Origin: an uncultured Gammaproteobacteria bacterium
GTDB lineage: Bacteria; Patescibacteriota; Microgenomatia; Levybacterales; UBA12049
Length of the DNA stretch: 64,000 nt
Reading direction: 5' to 3'
NCBI GenBank assembly: GCA_964608945.1
Contig: CAZSQB010000001.1
Span: forward strand, 3,211-67,210
Of the stretch, positions 31,727 through 41,178 are shown one piece after another. Each line of letters begins with the position of its first letter. The stretch's first letter is position 1. The notes below the pieces were generated by a model. It did no database searches. It was not told the origin of the DNA and worked only from the letters and a program-made list of their open reading frames with translations. Made by a program: the position numbers and the translations under genes.

Positions 31727-32844
31727 ACAGCTTCCTTTACTTTTTTTGTAATATAATTTACTTCTTTATTGGTAAGTTTTGAGTAGAGAGGCAGTGATAT
31801 TTCTCTTCTTCCAATATCCTCTGCAACTGGAAACTGCCCTTCTTTCGTGCCATATTGGGTGCGATAAAATGAAAATAGGTGAATCGCTGGGTAATTGATA
31901 ACTGCTCCCACACCTTTTTCTTTTAAATAATCAAGAATTGTATCTCGTTTTTTAGGATCAACCCAAATCGGGAAAATATGTCTACCATGCTTTGATTCTT
32001 TATATTCATGAGGAAGTGTTATACGATCCACGTTCTCAAATGCTTTCCTGTATCTTTGCGCTATCAATTCCCGTTTCTTCCAAAATTTCTCTGCTTTTTT
32101 AACTTGGTGGAGAAGTAGTGCAGCCTGAAGATTATCCATATTATATTTCCATCCTAGAACATCAACATCGTATCCTCTTAACCCGGTTCTCACTCTCTGG
32201 GCCAATTCACTCGTAATACCATGAGAGCGAAATTTCTTTATTAACTTAGCTATTTCTTGGGAGTTTGTTGTAAATGCTCCTCCTTCTGCAGAAGTAATAC
32301 TTTTCGTGGCATAGAAACTGAAACAGGAGCCAAATGACCTTTGGCCTGGTTTTATTCCATCACGCTTTGCTTCAAGTGCATGAGCAGCATCTTCTATTAC
32401 TACAAGGTTATGTTTCTTTGCAATTGAGAGGATCTTTTTCATATCGACCATCTGACCGTACAGATGGACAGGAAGAATTGCTTTTGTTCGTTTTGTTATT
32501 GCTTTTTCAATAAGATCAGGGTCAATATTTCCCGTTTTTTCTTCTACATCGACAAATACTGGTGTTGCCCCTGTCATAACAATTGCATTTGCTGTTGCGA
32601 CAAAGGACATTGGTGTCGTTATGACCTCATCACCTCTTCCAACTCCAGCTGCAAGGAGCGCTAAGTGAAGTGCCGCTGTGCAACTTGTTAGTCCAACTGT
32701 ATATTTTGTCTCTAAATACTTCGCAAAAGCATTTTCGAATTCATCAACGTATTTTCCCGTTGTAAGAAAAAGGGAGCGCAGTACCTTTACAGCCTCGTTA
32801 ATTTCTTGAGAACCGATATTATGTTTGTAAAATTCTACCTTCAT
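31717..32844 (-). CDS. DegT/DnrJ/EryC1/StrS sugar aminotransferase (ArnB/VioA-like)
   Basis: SCTAALH, PVHLYG, IEDAAH, SFYATK (PLP lysine present), EGG. Confidence 0.9.
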   Translation of the reverse strand: MKVEFYKHNIGSQEINEAVKVLRSLFLTTGKYVDEFENAFAKYLETKYTVGLTSCTAALHLALLAAGVGRGDEVITTPMSFVATANAIVMTGATPVFVDVEEKTGNIDPDLIEKAITKRTKAILPVHLYGQMVDMKKILSIAKKHNLVVIEDAAHALEAKRDGIKPGQRSFGSCFSFYATKSITSAEGGAFTTNSQEIAKLIKKFRSHGITSELAQRVRTGLRGYDVDVLGWKYNMDNLQAALLLHQVKKAEKFWKKRELIAQRYRKAFENVDRITLPHEYKESKHGRHIFPIWVDPKKRDTILDYLKEKGVGAVINYPAIHLFSFYRTQYGTKEGQFPVAEDIGRREISLPLYSKLTNKEVNYITKKVKEAVYL

Positions 32845-32848
32845 ATTG

Positions 32849-33919
32849 TTAATGATATTCTATTGTCCCATCGTGTAATTGGATTGGAACTTTTCTAAGC
32901 CATGTTTGTTGTTCCCACACATTTTGATTATTTCTATACCATTTGATAGCCTCTTTGAGGCCTTTACTAAAGCTCTTTTTGGGCTCCCAGTTTAACAGCT
33001 TTTTAATTTTTCTATAATCACATGCAAATGTCGATACCTGGCCTGGTCTTTCTTTCACGAATTTAATTTGTGATACTGGTATCTTCATATATTTTGCTAT
33101 TTTTTTTGCGATGTCTAAGATTGAGATTGCCTTTCCTGATCCAACATTAAATACTTCACCTTTTATTTTAGATAATGGCGCGTGCATAATCAAGTCAATT
33201 GCATAGGCAACATCGCTTACGTGCATATAATCTCTTTCTGATTTTCCGCTTCCATGGACAGTTAATGGCTCGTTGAGAAGCGCACTAGTTATAAATCGTG
33301 GTACAGCCTTTTCTAAATGTTGACGAGGTCCATAAATATTAAAAGGTCGAACAATCGTTGCAGGAATATCATATGTTACAAAATAGGAATAGACAAGACG
33401 ATCTGCCCCTGCTTTTGCTGCGGCATAAGGGCTATGTGGATTAAGTTGATGTTTTTCATTCATTCTTTTTGTGAGACCTGCTCCATATACTTCACATGTT
33501 GAAATATGAATTAGTCGTTCTACGTTTTTTTTATGATGGTATATGGCGTTCACAATAGATTGTGTTCCCAAGACATCGGTTTCAAAAAACTTTACGTTAT
33601 CGTAGATGGAACGTGTTACATGTGTTTCTGCTGCAAAATGGATAACAATGTCAGATTTCTCCACAAGGTCATCAACTACAGAAACGTTGCGAATATCGCC
33701 ATACTCGAAGCGAAATCGAGAACTTTTTCGCATCTCTTGAGAAAAGTTCTTCAAATTTCCCGCATAAGTTAATGCATCAAGAACGATAAAAGAATAATTA
33801 GGGTAAGTGGTGAAGAGATATTCAAGGACATTACTTCCAACAAAACCAGCCGCTCCAGTTATTAGAATTTTTTTCGTTTTTCTATCTCTTTTTGTTATAT
33901 TTTTATTTTCTTTAGCCAC
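32849..33919 (-). CDS. rmlB: dTDP-glucose 4,6-dehydratase
   Basis: GAAGFVGS, DALTYAGN, HFAAETHV, STCEVYG, PYAAAK, YGPRQHLEK. Confidence 0.85.
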   Translation of the reverse strand: MAKENKNITKRDRKTKKILITGAAGFVGSNVLEYLFTTYPNYSFIVLDALTYAGNLKNFSQEMRKSSRFRFEYGDIRNVSVVDDLVEKSDIVIHFAAETHVTRSIYDNVKFFETDVLGTQSIVNAIYHHKKNVERLIHISTCEVYGAGLTKRMNEKHQLNPHSPYAAAKAGADRLVYSYFVTYDIPATIVRPFNIYGPRQHLEKAVPRFITSALLNEPLTVHGSGKSERDYMHVSDVAYAIDLIMHAPLSKIKGEVFNVGSGKAISILDIAKKIAKYMKIPVSQIKFVKERPGQVSTFACDYRKIKKLLNWEPKKSFSKGLKEAIKWYRNNQNVWEQQTWLRKVPIQLHDGTIEYH

Positions 33920-34004
33920 ATGTACAATTAAAAATGTCTCAATTAATGTATTTATACACTAGTTTTTTTTATTTAGCAATAGGGAGGAAAAGCAATTTCT
34001 ATAG

Positions 34005-34033
34005 TTGAAGATTCAGTCTTCTTAATGTATAGT
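34005..34033 (+). promoter_or_regulatory. sigma70-type promoter giving a probable leaderless transcript
   Basis: TTGAAG-17 nt-TATAGT-6 nt-ATG(34040). Confidence 0.5.
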
Positions 34034-34039
34034 TATACC

Positions 34040-34813
34040 ATGAAAATGCCAGTAGTAATTTTTTGCGGGGGGACAGGGACGAGGATGAAGGAAGAGACAG
34101 AATTTCGGCCCAAACCCATGGTATCCTTGGGTGGTAAACCAATCCTTTGGCATATAATGAAAATATATAGCCACTTTGGACTTAACGAATTTATTATTGC
34201 CTTAGGATATAAAGGTGATTACATCAAAAATTACTTTCTCGATCAAGATTATTTTCAACACGATTTTTTTATTAACACAAAAACAGGAAAAAAACTTTTA
34301 TATAGAAAAAGTAGGCGTAGACACGACGATTTTAAAATCACGTTTGTTGATACGGGAGCGGAAACTCCAACTGGAGACAGACTCGTAAAAGTCAAAAAAT
34401 ATATAAAGGGAGAAAAATTTATGGTGACCTACGGAGACGGAGTTTCGGATGTTGATATAAAAAAAATTTTAGATTTTTTCGAAGAAAAAAAAGTGACAGG
34501 TGTTATAACAGGAGTTCACCCTAAATCAAAGTGGGGACTTATTATTTCAGGGAAAGACGGAATAGTAAAAAGATTTCAAGAAAAACCAAGATTTAATCAA
34601 TATGTGAATGGCGGGTTTATGGTGTTTACAAAGAAAATTTTCGAGTATTTAAGACCTGGGGACATGATCCATGATGCTTTTCCAAGACTAAGCCACGACC
34701 GTCAGCTTGCCGTTTACATTCACGAAGGATTTTGGGCTGCAATGGATACTTATCAAGATATGGAAGAATTAAATAAGCAGTGGAAAAAAGACCCCAAATG
34801 GAAGGTATGGTAA
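34040..34813 (+). CDS. rfbF: Glucose-1-phosphate cytidylyltransferase
   Basis: CGGTGTRMKEETEFRPKPMV, ILWHIMKIY, VDTG, TYGDG, HEGFWAAMDT. Confidence 0.9.
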   Translation: MKMPVVIFCGGTGTRMKEETEFRPKPMVSLGGKPILWHIMKIYSHFGLNEFIIALGYKGDYIKNYFLDQDYFQHDFFINTKTGKKLLYRKSRRRHDDFKITFVDTGAETPTGDRLVKVKKYIKGEKFMVTYGDGVSDVDIKKILDFFEEKKVTGVITGVHPKSKWGLIISGKDGIVKRFQEKPRFNQYVNGGFMVFTKKIFEYLRPGDMIHDAFPRLSHDRQLAVYIHEGFWAAMDTYQDMEELNKQWKKDPKWKVW

Positions 34814-34874
34814 CTATAATTTTCAATTTTCAATTTGAAATAAAACTTAAATGTTTAAAACTAAAAATTTAACA

Positions 34875-35909
34875 ATGAAGGTTTTAGTTACTGGCGATAG
34901 AGGCTATATAGGTTCGGTACTTGTTCCGTTATTGCTTAAGAAAAAATACCAAGTTGTCGGGCTTGATTCTGACTTCTTTAAGAATAATCTTGCATTTAGG
35001 GTCCCTGAACCTAAATATAAAAAAATCACAAAAGATATTCGAGATATTAAAGAAAAAGACTTGGAAGGAATTGAAGCTATAATTCATCTTTGTGCTCTTT
35101 CAAACGATCCAATGGGAGAGATTGATCCTGCTCTAACAGAGGAAATAAATTTCAAGTTGAGTATAAAATTGGCAAAACTTGCTAAAAAGCTTGGTGTCAA
35201 AAGATTTTTATTTTCCTCCTCATGTAGTATTTATGGTATTGCAAAAAAAGATTTCGTTGATGAGCAATCTGAGGTAAATCCGCTAACAGCCTATGCAAAA
35301 TCAAAAATTGACACAGAGAAAGAACTCTTAAAGCTTTCTGATAAAAACTTTTGCGTAGGAATTTTGAGAAATTCAACTATATATGGATTTTCTCCAAATT
35401 TTAGAAGTGATTTAGTAGTTAACAACCTTGTTTGTTCTGCTCTTGCATATGAGCGAATTAGCATTATGAGCGATGGCAGTCCATGGAGACCGTTTATTGA
35501 TGTAAGAGATCTTGCTGGGATATTCATTGAGTTTGTAGAAGCCCCTAAAAAGCTCATTAACGGTAAAATAATTAATATTGGTTTTTCAGAAAACAATTTT
35601 CAAGTAAAAGATATTATTTCCACAGTTCAAAAATATGTGCCAAACTGCGAGGTAGTTTATACAGGAGAACACGGAAAAGACACGAGAAGTTACAGGGTTA
35701 ATTTTGCCAAATTTAAATCACTTTTCCCAAAAACCAAGCAAGAATGGAGCCTGGATAAGTCTGTTAAAGACATGGTGGAAAATCTTAAGATGTTAAAGTT
35801 TTCAAAAAAAGATTTTGAGTCGGGGAATTTCACAAGACTAACAATCCTTAAAAACTTAATGTCAAAAAATTTGATAAACTCAAAGTTGTTTTGGATTAAG
35901 ACTAAATAA
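34875..35909 (+). CDS. NAD-dependent NDP-sugar epimerase/dehydratase (extended SDR)
   Basis: TGDRGYIG, HLCALSNDP, SSCSIYG, YAKSK, DGSPWRP; start 34875 (MKVLVTG) preferred. Confidence 0.85.
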   Translation: MKVLVTGDRGYIGSVLVPLLLKKKYQVVGLDSDFFKNNLAFRVPEPKYKKITKDIRDIKEKDLEGIEAIIHLCALSNDPMGEIDPALTEEINFKLSIKLAKLAKKLGVKRFLFSSSCSIYGIAKKDFVDEQSEVNPLTAYAKSKIDTEKELLKLSDKNFCVGILRNSTIYGFSPNFRSDLVVNNLVCSALAYERISIMSDGSPWRPFIDVRDLAGIFIEFVEAPKKLINGKIINIGFSENNFQVKDIISTVQKYVPNCEVVYTGEHGKDTRSYRVNFAKFKSLFPKTKQEWSLDKSVKDMVENLKMLKFSKKDFESGNFTRLTILKNLMSKNLINSKLFWIKTK

Positions 35910-35914
35910 TTGAC

Positions 35915-36451
35915 ATGAAATATAAACAGACAAAAATTAAAGGAGTATATATTATTACAATTGAACCTAGGGAAGATTCAAGAGGTTACTTCTCTCGGGT
36001 ATTTGCAAAAGAAGAACTTAAAAAGCAAGGTATACCGTACTCTATTGTTCATATTAACAGATCCTTAACGCATGCAAAGGGAACGATTAGGGGAATTCAT
36101 TACCAAACAAAACCTTACCAAGAAGACAAAATAATACAATGTCTTTCGGGCAGGGTTCTTGATGTAGCGGTAGATATCAGGAGGACGTCTCCTACTTTTG
36201 GAAAATGGGTAGGAATTGAGCTTTCGGGAACAAATAAGAAAATGATTCTTATTCCTCGCGGTTGCGCACATGGATTTCAGACGCTTGAAAAAGATTGTCT
36301 TATTGAGTATTTTGTTTCAGAGTATTATGCGCCGGAATATGAAAGAGGAATTCACTGGAAAGATCCATTTTTTAAAATAAAATGGCCAATAAAAAAGGCA
36401 ATTCTTTCAGAAAAAGATCAAAATTGGCCAGATTTTCACCCTGTTAAATAA
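35915..36451 (+). CDS. rmlC: NDP-4-keto-6-deoxyglucose 3,5-epimerase
   Basis: DSRGYF, GTIRGIHYQ, VDIRRTSPTFG, AHGFQTL, SEKD. Confidence 0.9.
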   Translation: MKYKQTKIKGVYIITIEPREDSRGYFSRVFAKEELKKQGIPYSIVHINRSLTHAKGTIRGIHYQTKPYQEDKIIQCLSGRVLDVAVDIRRTSPTFGKWVGIELSGTNKKMILIPRGCAHGFQTLEKDCLIEYFVSEYYAPEYERGIHWKDPFFKIKWPIKKAILSEKDQNWPDFHPVK

Positions 36452-37320
36452 TGAAAATTTTACTTATTGGAAAAAACGGACAACTTGGAGCAGAAATTAA
36501 TAAACAATCAGTTGAAAGAGGATATAGTATTCGTTCTTTCGGACATGAAAGACTTGATATTACAGATAATGAGAAAGTCAAATTAGAAATAGATAAATTC
36601 AAACCGGATGTGATTATTAACGCCTCTGCATTTCATGTTGTCCCGGAGTGTGAAGATAAACCAGACCAAGCTTTTTTAGTAAATGCAACCGCACTTAAAC
36701 CGGTTGCACAAATTTGTTCAGAGCAAAATATAAGATTTGTGCATTTTTCAACTGATTACGTTTTTGACGGACTAACAGGATCGCAATATCTTGAGGAAGA
36801 TAAGCCCAGTCCCGTACAAATGTATGGTATATCAAAAGTAGCGGGAGAATACATTATGCTTGCCTACTCTCAAACAAGCGTTGTAATAAGAAGCTCTGGA
36901 GTTTATGGAGGGGAAAAAGGAAGCAGGTCAAAAAAAGGAAATTTTGCTCTCAATATATTGAAACAAGCAGAAAAAGAGAATGTGATTGAAGTGGCATCAG
37001 AACAGATTGTTAATCCAACTTATGCGTTGGATTTGGCAAAAGCGACATTTGATCTTTTAGAGAGTAAAGACACCAGTGGTATTTACCATTTGGTTAATGA
37101 GGGCTATTGTTCTTGGGCGGATTTTGCGAAGGAAATTATTAAAATTAAAAATATGTCAACAAAAATCATTCCTGTTGATAGAGGAGGATTGGCAGGAACA
37201 CTGCGAAGACCGCTTTTTTCAGCGCTTAAAAACAATCGAGCGGCAAAACTCGGAATTAAACTCCCGATATGGCAAGACGCAATTAAAAGATACTGTCAGA
37301 CCATTAGTAAAGATGAATAA
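36451..37320 (+). CDS. rmlD: NDP-4-dehydrorhamnose reductase
   Basis: GKNGQLG, STDYVFDG, YGISK, PTYALDLA, GIYHL, RP. Confidence 0.9.
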   Translation: MKILLIGKNGQLGAEINKQSVERGYSIRSFGHERLDITDNEKVKLEIDKFKPDVIINASAFHVVPECEDKPDQAFLVNATALKPVAQICSEQNIRFVHFSTDYVFDGLTGSQYLEEDKPSPVQMYGISKVAGEYIMLAYSQTSVVIRSSGVYGGEKGSRSKKGNFALNILKQAEKENVIEVASEQIVNPTYALDLAKATFDLLESKDTSGIYHLVNEGYCSWADFAKEIIKIKNMSTKIIPVDRGGLAGTLRRPLFSALKNNRAAKLGIKLPIWQDAIKRYCQTISKDE

Positions 37321-40039
37321 CAAATTACTTAAGACATTATTGATTCCATTTATAATTACGGCTGTTTTTTTTGTGATCCAAGCTTTTTCCTTAATCAAGG
37401 ACTTTGGATTCTTCTCTGTCATTGAAGAGAATCGGGTTAGTTTTCAAAGAGATAAACCTTTACAGTCGCCTCTCTTAAAGAGTGAAAAAATAGTCGGAAG
37501 ATTTAAAGGTGCAGAGAACAACTTTGGTGTCATACTCTTGAGATTTGTTAAATTTGGGAAAGGTTCGGATACTCTAATATTTAGACTTAAGGAAAAGGGG
37601 AGTAGAGACTGGTATTATGAAAATAAATACGATGGCGAACTATTTCAAAACAATGAATATTATCCATTTGGTTTTCCATCTATTTCTAGTTCAAAGAATA
37701 AGTCTTATCTTTTTGAAATAAAATCAACTTCAGGAAGTGATAAGAATGGTGTTGCTTTAAGCGATGCTAAACCTCAGTTAGCACTAGTTTATACATATTC
37801 CCAAGATCAAATTAGGAATCCTGCATCTCTACTTTCATTCGTTTATAAAAAAATGATCTACGTCATTGGAAACACTAATTATTTGATGATGTTGGGCGTG
37901 TTTTTTCTTTTCTTACTTATTAGGCTTTCAGCAAAGAGAATTTCAAAACTGTTTTTCAAATTTAAGAAAAATCCCAGAAAATTCGCTGATGAAATTATAG
38001 CCGCTATAAATATAAAGAATTTCACCGGGCGTTCTAAAGAGAGAGGGTTCCAATTTAATAAAGTCAAAATCTATCAGTATCTATTAAATACAAATACGAA
38101 GAGAAGAGTATTAATCGCAATACTACTATTTCTCATCGCATTTTTATTTAGATATTCTTCGTCGCTAGTTAATCAGTCTAGCATATTTTATTACACGTTG
38201 GGTGGAGGAGGAGACTATGATCAATTTATGAGAGCATCTACTTGCGCTTTAAATTTTTGTTCGTGGATTATACACCAAAATCTTCTCATTGAATCACTTA
38301 TTTTAGGTTCTTTTTATCAACTTTTTGGATTTGTAGGAGGTCTTAAGACGTATTCACATCTCATGTTACTTCTCTCCTCAATAGTTGCTACTCTTCCATA
38401 TGTCCTTCTTTCAAGGAAGACTTGGTTCTCAATTGGTGGAATTGTGGGCTCATTATTTCTTACAACCTCAGACTTTTTAACTACCGTTGCGTTAAACTTC
38501 CCCCCCGACAACGGATCTGCCTTTATCTTCTCAATGTTCTATATAGTTTATTTGTTGACTATGCATTATGGAACAATTCGTTGGCTAGCAGCTCTGGGGT
38601 TGACAGGATTTTTTGATGGGATGTTTAAAGCATTCTTTCTAATCAATGACCTTGCGGCATTGGCTCTTTTTGCTCCCGCCTTCTTTTATGAGAAAACAAG
38701 GAAAACGGCCCTACCGCGAGCTAAACAGTTAAGGGTAATTCTTAAGCGAAAAAATATTAAAATACTACTTTTAGCTTTATTACCATTCCTAATTTTCTTG
38801 ATTTTGTACTCGGCTTGGGAATATTTTGTGCAAATAAAATTCTCAGCACCCTATTTTCTAAGAATGTTAGTTGAGACTACGGGATCGAATTTCAGGTCTG
38901 AAACGTTATTCTATGATAGAAATTCTGGAAAAGCAGAACAGGATCTCTTACTGCAATTATTTTACCTTTTAATCTCAGGATTAGTTATGATTAAGCGAAT
39001 GATTAGTATCTCTGATTTACAGGTAATTTTTCTAGCGCCAATTTTCTTCGGACTTCTACTCTTTTCCTTTATAAAATCAAGCTCCAAAATTAAACTCTCT
39101 CCTCTAAAGCTCGGTACGATATTCGTTTTTTCGTTTATAAATATCGTTTTACTAGTAAGTGTTAAAAATAATTACTTAGGTATTCATCAAATCTTTCCCG
39201 GAGAATATATTTACGCCAATTGGACTTTAAAGACTTATATCTCTATCTTCCTCTTTGCATCTATAATTTTTCTTTTTATACTAAATTTTAGGTATCAAGC
39301 TTTTAAACTTGCTCTTCCAATAGTGCCTTACGTTATAATGCTTATTATCCTGACCAAGAATGCTCCCTGGGAAAGGCTTTTGGCGCACGTTATTGTATGG
39401 AGTATAATTTTATTTTCCTTCCTTATTGATTGGATTTTAAGCAATACTAAGAAGAACCTGCCTGCCCTGCCTGCCGGCAGGCAGGGCGGCAGGCATGGTT
39501 ATGCATTAAAAAGATTATGGATTGGTCCTATCCTTCTAGTTCTATTCATCTTTTTTTATACAATTCCTAAAACATCGAGTATGGTAGCGCAACTGCGTTC
39601 AGGTATTAACAACACAAGAGGCGAAGTTGAATACTTAAAATGGGTAAACTCAGAATTACCAAAAAATGCCATAATTCTTGCAGGAGGGAAAAGTGATCTA
39701 GTAACTGTTACCGAAAATATAAATAGACCTATTATTTATAATACTTTGTGGTCCACCTCTTTACTAATTCGTCCAAATAGAATTCCTGGAGTATCACCGC
39801 AAGATTTCACTCTCACAGGGGAATTGAGGAATAAAGAAAATTTTAATAAAAAAAGATATTTTGTTTTAGAGAGCGATGTCTATTTATGGAGGGGAAGGCT
39901 TCAAGGTGTAGGAGATAACGTCTTTACAACAGAGCCAAAATCTAATATTGCTCTTCACGCGCAAGATTTCTCAATAAAAGTTTACAAAACAAGTCAAGAA
40001 CTTAATAAAAACATCTATGAGTTGAGACCAAAAGAATGA
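37313..40039 (+). CDS. Large (908 aa) membrane protein with N-terminal extracytoplasmic domain and GT-C-like core; paralog of 42253..45111
   Basis: ATG 37313 overlaps the end of rmlD; GDYDQF acidic loop, PPDN, many TM segments. Confidence 0.65.
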   Translation: MNNKLLKTLLIPFIITAVFFVIQAFSLIKDFGFFSVIEENRVSFQRDKPLQSPLLKSEKIVGRFKGAENNFGVILLRFVKFGKGSDTLIFRLKEKGSRDWYYENKYDGELFQNNEYYPFGFPSISSSKNKSYLFEIKSTSGSDKNGVALSDAKPQLALVYTYSQDQIRNPASLLSFVYKKMIYVIGNTNYLMMLGVFFLFLLIRLSAKRISKLFFKFKKNPRKFADEIIAAINIKNFTGRSKERGFQFNKVKIYQYLLNTNTKRRVLIAILLFLIAFLFRYSSSLVNQSSIFYYTLGGGGDYDQFMRASTCALNFCSWIIHQNLLIESLILGSFYQLFGFVGGLKTYSHLMLLLSSIVATLPYVLLSRKTWFSIGGIVGSLFLTTSDFLTTVALNFPPDNGSAFIFSMFYIVYLLTMHYGTIRWLAALGLTGFFDGMFKAFFLINDLAALALFAPAFFYEKTRKTALPRAKQLRVILKRKNIKILLLALLPFLIFLILYSAWEYFVQIKFSAPYFLRMLVETTGSNFRSETLFYDRNSGKAEQDLLLQLFYLLISGLVMIKRMISISDLQVIFLAPIFFGLLLFSFIKSSSKIKLSPLKLGTIFVFSFINIVLLVSVKNNYLGIHQIFPGEYIYANWTLKTYISIFLFASIIFLFILNFRYQAFKLALPIVPYVIMLIILTKNAPWERLLAHVIVWSIILFSFLIDWILSNTKKNLPALPAGRQGGRHGYALKRLWIGPILLVLFIFFYTIPKTSSMVAQLRSGINNTRGEVEYLKWVNSELPKNAIILAGGKSDLVTVTENINRPIIYNTLWSTSLLIRPNRIPGVSPQDFTLTGELRNKENFNKKRYFVLESDVYLWRGRLQGVGDNVFTTEPKSNIALHAQDFSIKVYKTSQELNKNIYELRPKE
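39251..39751 (+). repeat. 501-bp exact direct repeat, copy 1 (copy 2 at 44275..44775)
   Basis: Read against copy 2 by eye with no mismatch found; offset 5024 bp. Confidence 0.9.
39457..39498. repeat. Nested CCTGCCTGCCGGCAGGCAGG palindromic element, in-frame
   Basis: CCTGCCTGC[CCTGCCTGCCGGCAGGCAGGG]CGGCAGGCATGG; perfect 24-bp palindrome at 39464..39487. Confidence 0.9.
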
Positions 40040-40048
40040 ATCTTCTTG

Positions 40049-40057
40049 TGATAAAAT
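40049..40057 (+). promoter_or_regulatory. Extended -10 promoter, probable leaderless transcript
   Basis: TG-A-TAAAAT, 6 nt, ATG(40064). Confidence 0.45.
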
Positions 40058-40063
40058 TGGGAA

Positions 40064-41107
40064 ATGTTAAAATCGAATCCTAAAGTTTCCATAGTTATTC
40101 TTAACTATAACGGTAAGAGGTGGCTTGAAAAGTTGCTTCCTACGATTGAGAAAATAAAATATAAGCCTCTTGAAGTTATTATTGTAAATAACGGATCAAC
40201 AGATGACAGTGGAGAATTTGTAAAAAATAAATATCCCCATTTCCGTTTAATTGAGATAATGCCAAACAGAGGGTTTGCCGGAGCAAATAATTATGGAGTA
40301 AAGCATGCGAAAGGAAAATACGTGCTACTTATTAATAATGATACTCAGGTTCCACCAGATTTTCTTGCTCCAATGGTTGGCCGAATGGAAGTCGATAAAA
40401 CTGTAGGCGTAATACAACCAATGATAAGGAGTTTAAGAAATAGAAATGTTCTTGACGCTGCATGCTCTTTCTATACTTCAACTGGTTTTCAATATCACTA
40501 TGGGTATTACCAACCATATAAGAAGAAGCAATATAATAAGGAACATTACGTTTATTCTGCTAAGGGAGCGTGTTTATTTACCCGTCGAGATCTTTATTTA
40601 AAACTTGGGGGACTGGATGAGGACTTTGTGTGCTACGTAGAGGAGTCCGATTATTGTCATCGCATTTGGTTGTCGGGTAAAAAAGTTTTGTATTTTCCAC
40701 AAAGCTATATTTATCACTGGGGCGGTGGAGATATGTCAGTAATGGAAAAAAGCGAGACCACAATTTTCCGCTCTTTTAGGAATAGATATTACTCATACAT
40801 TAAGAATCTAAGCTTTGTAGAGCTTATCAAATTATTACCAGCCCACTTTGTGTTTTCTGAAGCAATGATTTTCTCAGCACTTGCAAGAGGCATAATTCGT
40901 TATGGACTTTCTGCACAACTTGGAACTTTATGGTGGATTTTCCATCTTCCTCGGATCCTTAAAAAGAGAAGATACATACAAAGGAAAATTAGGAAAGTGT
41001 CTGATGCTGACTTCATACCACTGATAAAACATGATCCACCTTTATCATACTACCCGCACTTTCTAAGAAATCCTGAAGCAAAATATAATGAATCGCCGAT
41101 AGACTAA
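40064..41107 (+). CDS. GT2 glycosyltransferase
   Basis: ILNYNG, NNGSTD, NRGFAGANN, INNDT, YVEESDYC. Confidence 0.9.
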   Translation: MLKSNPKVSIVILNYNGKRWLEKLLPTIEKIKYKPLEVIIVNNGSTDDSGEFVKNKYPHFRLIEIMPNRGFAGANNYGVKHAKGKYVLLINNDTQVPPDFLAPMVGRMEVDKTVGVIQPMIRSLRNRNVLDAACSFYTSTGFQYHYGYYQPYKKKQYNKEHYVYSAKGACLFTRRDLYLKLGGLDEDFVCYVEESDYCHRIWLSGKKVLYFPQSYIYHWGGGDMSVMEKSETTIFRSFRNRYYSYIKNLSFVELIKLLPAHFVFSEAMIFSALARGIIRYGLSAQLGTLWWIFHLPRILKKRRYIQRKIRKVSDADFIPLIKHDPPLSYYPHFLRNPEAKYNESPID

Positions 41108-41178
41108 AATGGCAAAGCCGTTTCGACTATTAAATCTGGCTGGTGGGGAGCATGACCAAAAAACAGAATTATTAGAAA

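Noticed and set aside
37076-37312. N-terminal extension of the 987-aa ORF (likewise 51798, 50837, 34851, 5986, 56499)
   Set aside because: These extensions overlap upstream genes or promoter motifs, or precede the family N-terminus; downstream starts fit better.
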